Below are positions 26,299 through 37,850 of a stretch of 64,000 nt of DNA, piece by piece (the stretch's first letter is position 1; each line of letters opens with the position of its first letter). Under the pieces are notes generated by a model that was given only the letters and a program-made list of their open reading frames with translations, made no database searches and was not told the DNA's origin. The DNA comes from the human T2T-CHM13v2.0 reference genome, Homo sapiens: the NCBI RefSeq assembly GCF_009914755.1, contig NC_060927.1; one strand, given 5' to 3'. A program made the translations under genes and the position numbers.

Positions 26299-26555
26299 TA
26301 TTTGCCTCTGTATGTTGTTTCATTCAATCCTCACTTTATCCTTATGTAATGATCAAGAAACTGGGAGCTCAGGGAGGTTAAATAACTTCTCCCAGTTCAG
26401 AAACAAAGCAGTAGAGCCGGTTTTGGACCAATGTCTGTCTGATTTCAAAGCTCATACTGTCTCCAGTATGCCACGTTGCTCTTTGTGGGAAGCACACAAG
26501 AAAAGTTTTCCTTCTCACTGTGGTGCTAGGGCTTCATGAGGATGATGCTAGAGCA

Positions 26556-26753
26556 TGCAGAAGAAGGAAATATACATATATGGAAAGATCCCTAAGCATC
26601 AAGATAAATATCAGGGGTCGCATTTTGTTCTCTCTGCTCAGCCCCACACTCTTTCATCCCATATTTTTCCTTTTTGGCCTGGGAAAACCTCTACATAGAA
26701 TAGCAAAGACTGAGGAGTCATTAGAAAACTATGCTTCTTCGTAGAAACCAAGA
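26556..26753 (+). repeat. Local direct duplication, copy B
   Basis: Offset is exactly 880 bp from copy A at both ends. Confidence 0.95.
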
Positions 26754-27276
26754 CAATGATACTTGGACCTCAGGGCCCTCGGATGACAGAGACTCAGCTG
26801 AGGCAAAGGGGCAATTCCAGGACCTCCAGCCCACCCCCTGCATTAGCACTGTCCACATCTAGGACCATGCCAACAAGAGAGGGGTCTTCCTGCAGGAAGC
26901 AACATCATAATCCAGGAAAGGGTGAGTCTCAAGGAGGCACCACAGCTTCTCCTGGGCTGACCCTCAGAAATAAAAACCGAAGCCCAAGGTTGATGGAACA
27001 TCCACCTAAGAGAGAAGGTCTGGACCACAGACTGCTCAATGGCTTCCAGAATGCTTAGAGACTTATAAAATTTACCCATTCTTTTTGTATCTTATTGATG
27101 TTAAATCTTTGTTATTCATTTCATTTCGGTGATTAGAAATAAACACCCTGAAGGCAGGGAGGTGAAGGGAGGAGACACAGGGATACGTTTGCCTCAGCAA
27201 ACATGGGAGATGGGGCCATGAAAATGGCATTTGCCTCCAAAGCTTGTCCAAGGGACAGTGTGGTGGTTTAAAAATA

Positions 27277-28571
27277 CAGTCATGCCTTGCTTAACAATGG
27301 GGCTACATTAGGAGAAATGTGTGGTCAGGTGATTTTGTTGTGTGAATATCTCAGAGTGTACTTACAAACCTAGAGGACATAGCCCATTATACATCAAGGC
27401 ACTATGGGATAGCCTATTGCTCCTAGTCTACAAACCTGTACATCATGTTTCTGTACTGAATACTGTAGACAAACTGGAACATAATGGTAAGGATCTATGT
27501 AGCTAAACATAGAAAAGATACAGTAAAGATATCATATAAAAGGTAAAAAAAAAAAAATGGTACATCTGTCTAGGGCATTTACCATGAATGGAGCTTGCAG
27601 GACTGGAAGTTGCTCTGGGTGAGTCATTGAGTAAATGGTGAGTGACTGTGAAGGCCTAGGACATTACTGTGCACTGCTGTAGACTTAGTAAACTCTGTAC
27701 ACTTATGCCAAATCAGATGCAACAAAGACATCACTTGACTGTATTAGGGTAAAAATAAATTTCAATTTAAAATTTACACTTAAAATTCACATTAAATTTA
27801 TAAAAAAAAATTTTCTTCAATAACAAATTAACCTTAACTTATTGTAACTTTTTTATTTTATAAATTTAAAAATCTTTTAACTTCTGACTTTTTTTCTTAT
27901 AACACTTAACCTAAAAGACAGATTGTACAGCCGTACAAAAATATTCTCTTTTTTATATCCTTAATCTGTAAGCTTTTTTTCTCCTTTTAAAAAGTTTTAT
28001 TTATTTTTTACATCTTAAACATTTTTGCTAAAAGCTAACACATAAACACACACATTAGCCTAGGCCTACACAGGGTCAGGATCATCAATATTACTGTCTT
28101 CCACCCCGACATCTTATCTCACGGGAAGGTCTTTGGGGCAATAACATGCATGGAGCTGTCATCTCCTAAGATAACAATGCCTTCTTCTGGAAAACCTCTT
28201 AAAGACCTGCTTGACGCTGTTTCACAGTTAACTTTTCCTTAAAAATAAATAGAAGGAGTACACTCTAAAATAATGATAAAAATATAATATAGTAAACACA
28301 CAAACTAGTAGCATAGTCATTTGTTATTATGTTCAAGTATTACGCACTGTACATAATTGTATGGCCTAGACATTTGTACAACTGGCAGCACAGTAGGTTT
28401 GTTTCCACCGGCATCACCACAAACACATAAGGAATGTCTTGCACCATGATGTTATGGTGGCCTCAGTGTCATTAGGCAGCAGGAACTGTTCAGTTCCATT
28501 ATTATCTAATGGGACCACCGTTACATATGTGGTCCATCATTGACAAAACGTCATTAGGCAGTGCATGACTG
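27277..28571 (-). mobile_element. Tigger3b (MER7B/GOLEM)-type non-autonomous DNA transposon
   Basis: Terminal inverted repeats cagtcatgc.../...gcatgactg, about 1.3 kb long, preceded by TA. Confidence 0.9.
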
Positions 28572-28732
28572 TCCATGCAAAAATTCATACTTCTTCCTTC
28601 AAGAGATAGAGTCTAATTGCCCTTCCGGGACTGGACTTAGTGATTTACTTCTACAGAATAGGATACAATGGATGACTTCAGAGACCAGATTATAAAAGGG
28701 TGTGTGGCTCCCATTTGGTGGCTTGCTCTCTC

Positions 28733-28979
28733 TTTTTTATCTCAGCTCACTGCAACCTCTGCCCCCCAGGATCAAGCAATTCTCTTGCCTCAGCCTCCAG
28801 AGTAGCTGGGATCACAGGCGCCCACCATCACATCATGCCTGGCTAATTTTTGTATTTTTCCCAGAGACAGGGTTTCGCTCTGTTGGCCAGGCTGGTCTCA
28901 CACTCCTGACCTCAGGTGATCCATCCACCTCCGCCTCCCAAAGTGCTGGGATTACAGGTGTGAGCCACCGCACCCAGCC
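28733..28979 (-). mobile_element. AluS lacking the distal part of the right arm
   Basis: 17 bp TSD ttggtggcttgctctct (28715-28731, 28980-28996). Confidence 0.95.
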
Positions 28980-29346
28980 TTGGTGGCTTGCTCTCTTGAA
29001 TCACTTACTCTGGGGGAAGCCAGCTGCTGTGTTATAAGCGTTCTATGGAGAGGCCCATGTGGCAGGGAGCTGAGTTGTCCTGAAAACAGCCGCACCAGTG
29101 AGCTTGGAAGTGAATCGTCAGCCCTGTCAGATTCTGCACCTCCACTGCAGCCCCATGAGAGACTGAGCCAGAACCACCGACGTGAACCACTCCTTGACTT
29201 CTGATCTCAGAAACTCTGTAAACTGATAAGTGTTTGCTGACTGAAAGTGCTAGGTTTTGAGGTAGTTTGCTGCACAGCAATGGATAAGTGATACAGAGAG
29301 ATACATTAATGTTCAGAGAAAAGAAGGGCAACTTTGAAGAGGAGAA

Positions 29347-29406
29347 AAGAGCTGGATGATTCTTGAGGCTTTGCTGAAGAGCTGGATGATTCTTGAGGCT
29401 TTGCTG
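29347..29406. repeat. Perfect 30 bp tandem duplication
   Basis: aagagctggatgattcttgaggctttgctg occurs twice in tandem. Confidence 0.97.
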
Positions 29407-30064
29407 ACTCTTAACGTATTGCTCCTAGGCCCAGTCTGGAAAGAAAATAACACGATCTGGATTCCACATCTGGAAAAAGACTGAAGAAGTCCCCAAAGAG
29501 GTGAAAAAAGGCAGCTTTCTTTTTTCCCTTTTGTACTTATTATATATAAACTAAACTGGGTTAAAGGTCTTCCACATATGTAATGTAGAATGACAGGACA
29601 GGTATTAAAATATGAGCTAAAGAAATATCTACGTATAGTGGCCACACATAATTGGCTGTTGGAAAATTATGTTAAACAATCACAATACATGCTGCAAATC
29701 CATATTGATGGTCTGTTTTCTGGAAGATTTTGACTGGATGGGGGAGATCAGAGGTGGCTCTTGTCATCAAGGAGCATGCCATCTTCTTGGAGAGCAGAGA
29801 GGCACAAAGATTCAGCATCTATTCTGCAGGTAATTCTCCACCAGTTCTTATGTGTCAGGTCCTGAATTTGCTCCTGAAAAGATGACATGAAATCAGGTAC
29901 AGTGTCTGCCCTCAGGATCTTTAAGTTCATACAGACACAGACAAGATAAGAAGATGCCATGATGCTATGTGTGATAAAGGATAAGACCTGGACGTTCATA
30001 GAAGCACCTCTGGGAAACATGTAGTGAAGATGACTAGTGATCTCCAAGTATTCTATGAGACCCA

Positions 30065-30349
30065 CTAAGCTTCCACACCTCCTGGCTTTGAGGTTGGGGC
30101 CTTGGAGCTAGTTGGGGCTGTGGTCTAGAAGAAGAGTAGCATCATAGGTTCTAGCTGGTGCAGCTCCAGCGTGGCAGAGCTCCTCTCAACCTGTAGGTGA
30201 CTGTGCGAGTGAAGTAGAGCCTCCCCATCCTCCCTGAAATTGACTTGTTGGACATAAGCGAGAGAAATGCTGTTTTGCTGGTAAAGCCACCAAGGCTCTG
30301 GGTTCTGATTTGTGTCTGCAGCTCAGAGTAGCCCATCTTGACTGAGACA
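30065..30349 (+). mobile_element. Old MLT1-type LTR fragment
   Basis: acataagcgagagaaatgctgttttg...taaagccaccaag...cccatcttgactgagaca terminus. Confidence 0.55.
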
Positions 30350-30984
30350 AGGGACATGATCTAGCTATGGAGAGGAAGAAAGAGGCTTTGCAATGTAACG
30401 CCTGGCATACTATGGTAACTGTCTGGATTCAAGTATGTGTTGAGGGGACAGAGGTAGAGGGAAAAGTGATTCAAGTGTAAGGAACAAAATGCACAAACAT
30501 CCAAAAGTGAAGACAGTACAATGTGTTCCAGGAAATGAAAACTGCCCAGCATGGCTAGAGGAGGGCTTATGAGTAGGGAGACAGCAATAAATGAGGCTGG
30601 TGCTGTACAGGTTGTAGTAAGAAGCTTGTTCTCCATCCTGAGGGCAGAGGTGTCTCTTGGGAGATTTTGAAAAGGGGACTAATGGAGTCTGATATATGCT
30701 TTTAGAGAACTAACAATACCAGACAAAGTTTGAGTTGTGAAATAAGAGATGTGAACACTAAGTAGTTTGAAGATGGGAAACATCACCAGGAGTTGTGGTC
30801 ATCGCAGCAAAAACGACAGAAGAAGAAAGATATTGGAAACTGAACAACCAGTGGAAGAGCAAAAGGTGAGGAAAATGGTCAAAAAATGTGAAGGGGACAT
30901 GTTACAGAGACCACTTTACCAGCTTTAAGCATTCCCATATGTGGGGGTGTTTAAAAGATGAGAAAGAGAATTTGAGTCCTTGAA

Positions 30985-31408
30985 TGTCAGGACAGTCATT
31001 TATTATGGCTGTAGTAATACTGTGTAACCAACAACTCCCAAATCCCAGAGGTTTACAACAAGGAATTCATTTTTTTTTTCTCACTCATGAGTGTTTGGGT
31101 CAGTGCCAGCAGCTCTGCCTGAGACTGCGGCTTGAGCTCAGGGTCACTCGCAGGTCTTCATTCTGCTGCCAGGCTAATATAATAAGGACTGCCGGGGGCA
31201 TGCTTTTCTTATGGTAGAGCACAGAAAGGAAATCCTTGCCAGCAGACCTCTGTTTGCATCGTGCCCACTCCTGTCCCCTTAGGCCCTAAAAGTCACACAG
31301 TGGACAAGTATATACTCTGCTGACGTGGAGAGGTACTGCAAAGGCTGGAATATATATTCCTATTATGGGAAGCGAAGAATTGGAAACAGCAAATTCAATC
31401 CATTGCAG
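30985..31408 (-). mobile_element. Old MLT1 (H/I-like) LTR
   Basis: tgtgtaaccaacaactcccaaatcccagaggtttacaacaagg...gaagaattggaaacagcaaattcaatc. Confidence 0.65.
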
Positions 31409-32512
31409 CTAGTCAGAGAATTTTAAATTTATGGTACAAGCAATAAAAATCCATGACATTTTGAGCATCAGAATGGCAGGCATTGGAAATATTTTAGCAG
31501 AGCAAAGATAAGAAGTTGGAAGAGTTGGGAAGCAAGTGCAACACTTTAGATATATGGTAATAGCATAATGTAACAACAATGATCAAGGAGAACAAATTGC
31601 TGGGGAAATTGCCTGATGGGCAAATTAAGAGGTCTTCAATGACTGACTGGAAATGATAATAACAGGCAGAAGGATGCCAGGATAATTCTGGTGTCTCTGG
31701 TTTTGTGGAGCAGAAGCTCTAAGTGACATTGATCACTTAAAGGACAGGAGCTATTTGAAAGATGGGAAAAGAACAGAGTGTTGTGTGTAATATGGCGTCC
31801 TTCTGGTACATTTGATGGAAAGATGGGATAGCCAAGCAGAAATGCCTGGCAGAAGTTAGAAAGGTCTAATTAACATCTAGGAGAAAGGCCAGATTTGAGT
31901 GTACAGAATTAAGGGTCGTCCACAGGAAAGAGTAGGTCAGATTTCCAAGGAAGTGAGCCTCAAAAGAAAAGTCCTAATTTTACAGAAAAAGGAGTGAAAA
32001 TGAACAAAGATGGTGAGATGAGAATAGTGATGCTACTACATTAAGGAAAAAAGTCTTTGTAGATAATAAAACATAGGAAACAAACTTCTCAATGTGATTA
32101 TCTTAGATACGGCTTTGTCCACATTAAAATTGCTTCGAAATTTTAAAAACAAATTGCATTTCTGTTGCTTTGTGGAACTTAATCTATATAACGAGAACAT
32201 GTAAAGATGTGAATTTACGGAAGTTAAAAAGCTGGAAGAGAAATGCAGCAGCTGGGATGTTAATGAAAGCATAATCTGTTATGTGTGGAAATAAGTAACA
32301 TACATTTGCTGTGATGGGGCAACACTCAAACGAAACTTCAGTGCAGCACAGTGAAAAATCTGAGCAGGGAAACTTTTCCAGCCAAAAGGGAGAGACGTGA
32401 TGAATTCTTTTAATTTTCTTTAAACTCAAATGTTTCCTTGCATATGCCAGTGTCACAAGAGGGAAACAAAACTGGCTGTGTACTGGCATTGTATGCTTTT
32501 TAAAAAAATTAA

Positions 32513-32920
<408 letters not shown>

Positions 32921-33108
32921 TGTAATAGAATCTTAATTGAAGCATGGAAACGTGCCAATGTGACAATCTTCATTCATTAGATGAGAAATGCATACTACAG
33001 TTGACAAAGGATTTTTGTACACATGATACTCTTTGACCCTCACACAAACGATAAAATAATTGAAGGGGTATGTTCTAACTCAATTGACAGCTAAGAAAAC
33101 AAAGCATA

Positions 33109-33419
33109 GGCCGGGCGTGGTGGCTCACGCCTGTAATCCCAGCACTTTGGGAGGCCGAGGCGGGCGGATCACGAGGTCAGGAGATGGAGACCATCCTGGC
33201 TAACACGGTGAAACCCCGTCTCTACTAAAAATACACAGAAATTTACCAGGCATGGTGGCGGGCGCCTGTAGTCCCAGCTACTCAGGGGGCTGAGGCAGGA
33301 GAATGGCGTGAACCCGGGAGGCGGAGCTTGCAGTGAACCGAGATTGCGCCACTGCACTCCAACCTGGGCGACAGAGCGAGACTCCGTCTCAAAAAAAAAA
33401 AAAAAGAAAGAAAAGAAAA
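33109..33419 (+). mobile_element. AluY
   Basis: AluY diagnostics (gaccatcctggctaacacgg, gaatggcgtgaacccgggaggcggagcttgcag), many CpGs retained, perfect 16 bp TSD aagaaaacaaagcata. Confidence 0.97.
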
Positions 33420-33824
33420 AAGAAAACAAAGCATAAAACAGATTAAATGTCTTGCCAAGAATATGCAGCTAGAAGGTCAAAGTGTCTTTTAAGTCTGTGT
33501 TTGTTTCCTTTCCACAATGTCAAGGTAATTATCTACATAAAAAGAATCCCTCCACCTGCGTCCATCCTTCTCCTGTCCGAGCTTGGAGCCCTCCATTGCC
33601 TATATAATGCCCACTAGTGTCTTTTATAAAACATACAGGAGTCTTTGTCACCAGGCCTTCATTTACCATTCTGATCTCAACCTCTAACACCACTTTCTCA
33701 CCTCTCTCATCACACTGTATCCCTACCCTGTTTCAAGATTCCAGCTATACAAAATGCCTGCCATACTGATATTTGCAGTCCTGCTTTAGAAATATTCTAA
33801 TAACCTATGTTTTTTTTTAAAAAA

Positions 33825-34030
33825 TCAATTTCGATTAAGGTTTTTATTGAGATAATTGTAGATTCACACAAGTTGTGGGAAATAATACAGAGATCATATC
33901 GCCCACTTTGCCCAGTTTCTTCCAATAGTAACATTTTGGGAAACTCTAGTATAACACGCCAACAGGGATATTAATATTGACTCAATCCACCAATCTTATT
34001 CAGATTTCCCAAGTTTTACTTATGCTCGTT

Positions 34031-34067
<37 letters not shown>

Positions 34068-34752
34068 TCAGTTACATACAATTTTACCATGTGTGCGGGT
34101 TTGTGTACCTACCACCACAGTAAAGACACTGAATAATTTCAACCCCACAAGGATTCCTGCGTTGCTGTTACAACTACACCTACCTCCTTCCCAACCCTTC
34201 ATACCTACAACTGTTACCCTTGGCCCCCACTAATCTGCCCTCTATTTCTAAATTATGTTTATTTCAAAAATGTTGTATAAATGGAATAATGCAGTATATA
34301 ACCTGTTTGGATTCACTTTTTTAATTCAGCCTAATTCCCTGGAAATTCATCCAGCTTGAGCATGTATCAATAGTTTGTTCCTTTTACTACTCAGTAATAG
34401 TTCATACTATGTAATACCATACTTTGTTTAACCATTCATCCATTGAAGAATATCTAGGTTTTTTCCAGTTTGGGGCAATTATAAATAGAGTTGCATGAAT
34501 ATTCAGGTACAGATTTTTGTGTAAACATAAGTTCGTTTCTCTGTGATAAATACCCAAGAGTGCATTTCCTGGGTTGTACAGTAATGACATGTTTAGTTTT
34601 GTAAGAACTGCCAAACTATTTTCCAGAATGGCTGTACAATTTTACATTCCCATCAGCAAAGTATGAGTGAGCCAGTTTCTCTGCATCCCCCTCAGCATTT
34701 GGTGTTGTCACTATTTTCTATGTTAACATTTTAATAGGTGTGTACTAGTATC
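33825..34752 (-). mobile_element. Old L1M (MC-type) 3' end
   Basis: ttgtataaatggaataatgcagtatata...tttttccagtttggggcaattataaatag...ttttccagaatggctgtacaattttacattccc; contains (TG)n at 34033-34065. Confidence 0.85.
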
Positions 34753-35130
34753 ACATATATATATGCACTATATATACACACTATATATACACTAAATATA
34801 GGGTATATATACACTAAAATATACTAAATATCATATATATGCATATATATTTAGTGTATATATAGTATATAAATATAGTGTTTTATACACTAAAATATAT
34901 TAAATATCATATATATGCACTATATATACACACACTGTATATACACTATATATAACATATACTATATATACACTAAAATATACTAAATTCACCATATATA
35001 CTATGTAGTATATATACTATACCCACACTGTATATCTTCACATATGTATACATAAATGCAAATGTTTGTATGTTAATGCATACATGTATATATAGTATAT
35101 ACACACTATATATACATATATATGTACATA
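34753..35130. repeat. AT-rich (TATACAC-type) low-complexity/minisatellite block
   Basis: Recurring tatacactaaaatatactaaat units, with inverted copies. Confidence 0.9.
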
Positions 35131-37850
35131 TCACAATGATCCAACAGTCTACTGCTTACAGCAAGCTATTAATATCAACATTTTAACACTATTCACCATT
35201 TTACCAAAGGAAGTAGAGAAACCTCACTTTCATTAAGTTTTTTATCCTTCCCACTTTTAAATATCATTGTCTTGAGTATCAGATGATGTTACAATTTTTA
35301 TTTCAATCACCAAAGGTGATTTATATCTCTGCTTAATGAGCTAAACAGTAGAGTGGAGGCTAGAATCAGTGAGGTTGAACACAGATCCATCCAATCTGAA
35401 CAAAAAGAGCAAAGAGACTGAAAAAAAATCATGAACAGAGCCTTAGGGATCTGGGGGTCAGAAACAAAAGATCTGATATTTTATCACTGAAATCTCAGAA
35501 AGAGGGGAGAAAGACAGTGATGCTGAATGATTGTTCAAAGAAATAGTTGAAAAGAATGGTCTATTGTGAGTGTCCACATATATGGTCTTTCCATCATTCC
35601 CTTTTCCTTCCTGTTGCCCCCAAATTCTTCTTTTTTATTTTGTAATTTTAGTTTAAAGAACCTCCTTAATTATAACATTTCAGGGTAGAATTGTCAGTGA
35701 CAAATTTTTATTCTTTCTATTTTCCTTTATCTGAGAATGTTTCCGTTTTCCTTTTATTCCTGAAGTATAGCTTCATTGGATATAGAATTCACAACTGACA
35801 ATTCCTTTCTTTCAACACTTCAAAACATGTTCTGCCACTTCCTCTGGTATCCACAGTTTCGGACAAGAAATCTACAGTGAATATGTGTTTCCATGTAGGT
35901 TATGCATTCTATCTCTCCCTGGCTGCATTCAGTGTTTTTTCTTTGTATTTAGCTTTCAAACGTGTAATTAAGCTGTATTTTGGTGTGTGGATTTCTTTGG
36001 GTTTATCCTATTTGAGGTTTACTCAGTTTCTTAGATCTTTAGATTTATGTCTTTGCCATATTAGAAAAGTTTTCAACAACTATTCCTTTGAACAATCATT
36101 CAGCATCACTCTCTTTCTCCTCTGCTTCTGAGATTCCAATGATAAAATATTAGATCTTTTGTTTTTAATGTACAGATTCCTAAAGCTCTATTCATACTTT
36201 TTTTCAGTCTGTTTTCTCTTTTTGTTCAGATTGAGTGGATCTGTGCTCAACTTAACTGATTCTATCCTCCACTCTACTGCTTAGCCCATTCAGAAGGTTT
36301 CGATTTTTTTAATTGCAGTTTTCAGTTCTGTAATTTTTTAAATTATTTCCTATAACTTCTATTTTTTTCTGAGAATTTCCATTTTTAAATTTATTTCAAG
36401 ATAGTTTGTAGTAGATTGTTGAAGTATTTTATGATTTCTGCTTTAGCATTCTTGTCAATAATTCCAATGTGTAACTCTTTGTTATTGGTGTCGGTTGTCT
36501 TTTCTCATTCAGTTTGCAATTTTATTGATTGTTGCTATGATAGATAATTTTCAATATATGTTAGACATTTTGACTTTCATGTTAAGAGACTGTGGCTTCT
36601 ATATATTTTATTTTAGCACACGGTCACTCAGTTCAGATTTTGCACACAGATCTTGGCCTAATTTTTGTGAGCTTTTTTTTCAATTGAAGTTTTTCTGATT
36701 GTTTGTTCGTTTGTTTGTTTGAGACAGAGCCTCACTCTGTCATCCAGGCTGGAGTGCAGTGGCACAGTCTTGGCTAACTGCAACCTCTGCCTCCTGGGTT
36801 CAAGCAATTCTCCTGCCTCAACCTCCCAAGTAGTTGAGACTACGGGAGTGTGCCACCAGCCCAGCTAATTTTTGTATTTTTAGTAGAGACAGGGTTTCAC
36901 CATGTAGGCCAGGCTGGTCTCGAACTCCTGACCTCAAGTGATACACTGCCATGGCCTCCCAAAATGCTAGGATTATAGGCATGAGCCACCATGCCAGGCC
37001 AAAGCTTAATTTTTAGAGTTTCTGTAGTTTTATTTTGATCTGCTTGGTTTATGTGGTTGATGATGGGGCCCTTTCCAGCCCCCGATGGTGCTGCCCCAGT
37101 GGGGCAAAAAGGAGGTTCCCCAGGCTGGGCCACCAGGTGTTTCTCAATGAGAGATGGTATGAGGGGATCTCCTTTACCAGCGTCCTCCCTGACTACCAGT
37201 GACTGTGAGCAAAGGAGTAGAGTCTTGGACCTTGAGGACAAAAGAGGTTTCCTGGACTAGGCCACTTGCTGTAACTGGGTTCCTTTTTCTGGTTCTTTGT
37301 GCCAGCCTGGAGTTTTGGGGTCAGGAGAAAAGTCTTGGGCCTGCAGTTACAAAGACATTTTCTAGACAGGGCAGCTTGCTGTACCTGAGTCTCTCTTGCC
37401 AGCTCTGCCCACCTTTCCTCTGTATCTCTTGGTATAAAATGGGAGTCTTCAACCAGTGAGGAAGGAGAAGCAGCTTCTTGTTTTTGGCAGAGCTCTCAAT
37501 CTATCTCACTTGCAGGTGGTATCAGGCTCACCTGATGGTGTCAGAGGGACTTTTGTCCAATCCACTGGGAAAAAGTGTTCCTGAGCTGTTTTCTGTTGCT
37601 AGATCAGGTATCAGGAAATGCCAGTTGTGATGGCTTTCTTCTGTTGGGTGAGGAGCTTCAAAACATTCTGCCACTACGTTGTTCCTCCAGACCTAGGGCT
37701 CTGCACCAGCTAACCTGCTTCTGACCATGTGTCAGAGCTCTCCTTTGGTTGTCTCTTGTACCATTTCCAGGGTTTGTAGTTGTGCTTAGCAGAGAGGAGC
37801 AGAGAGAATAGGTCTATAACATCTTACTTGGACCAAAACTCAATCTATGT
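35130..37850 (-). mobile_element. Old L1M ORF1/5' region (with an opposite-orientation piece at ~35330-35555)
   Basis: ttttattcctgaagtatagcttcattggatatagaattc...tttcaacacttcaaaac is ORF1-like; GC-richer 5' segment at 37050-37850. Confidence 0.7.
36698..37000 (-). mobile_element. AluS (Sz/Sx-like)
   Basis: Full dimer with a (TTTG)n tail. Confidence 0.95.

Larger units (their letters stand above)
27259..29295 (+). mobile_element. MLT1F-type solo LTR interrupted by Tigger3b and an Alu
   Basis: tgtggtggtttaaaaata...ctctgggggaagccagctgc...ggagaggcccatgtggcagggagctgag...gataagtgataca, TSD gacag/gagag. Confidence 0.85.

Noticed and set aside
25634-26744. Similar ORFs at 25634-25864 and 26520-26744 read as paralogous small proteins
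   Set aside because: Their similarity follows from the DNA duplication, both begin at non-ATG codons, and many differences change amino acids. There is no evidence of coding constraint.
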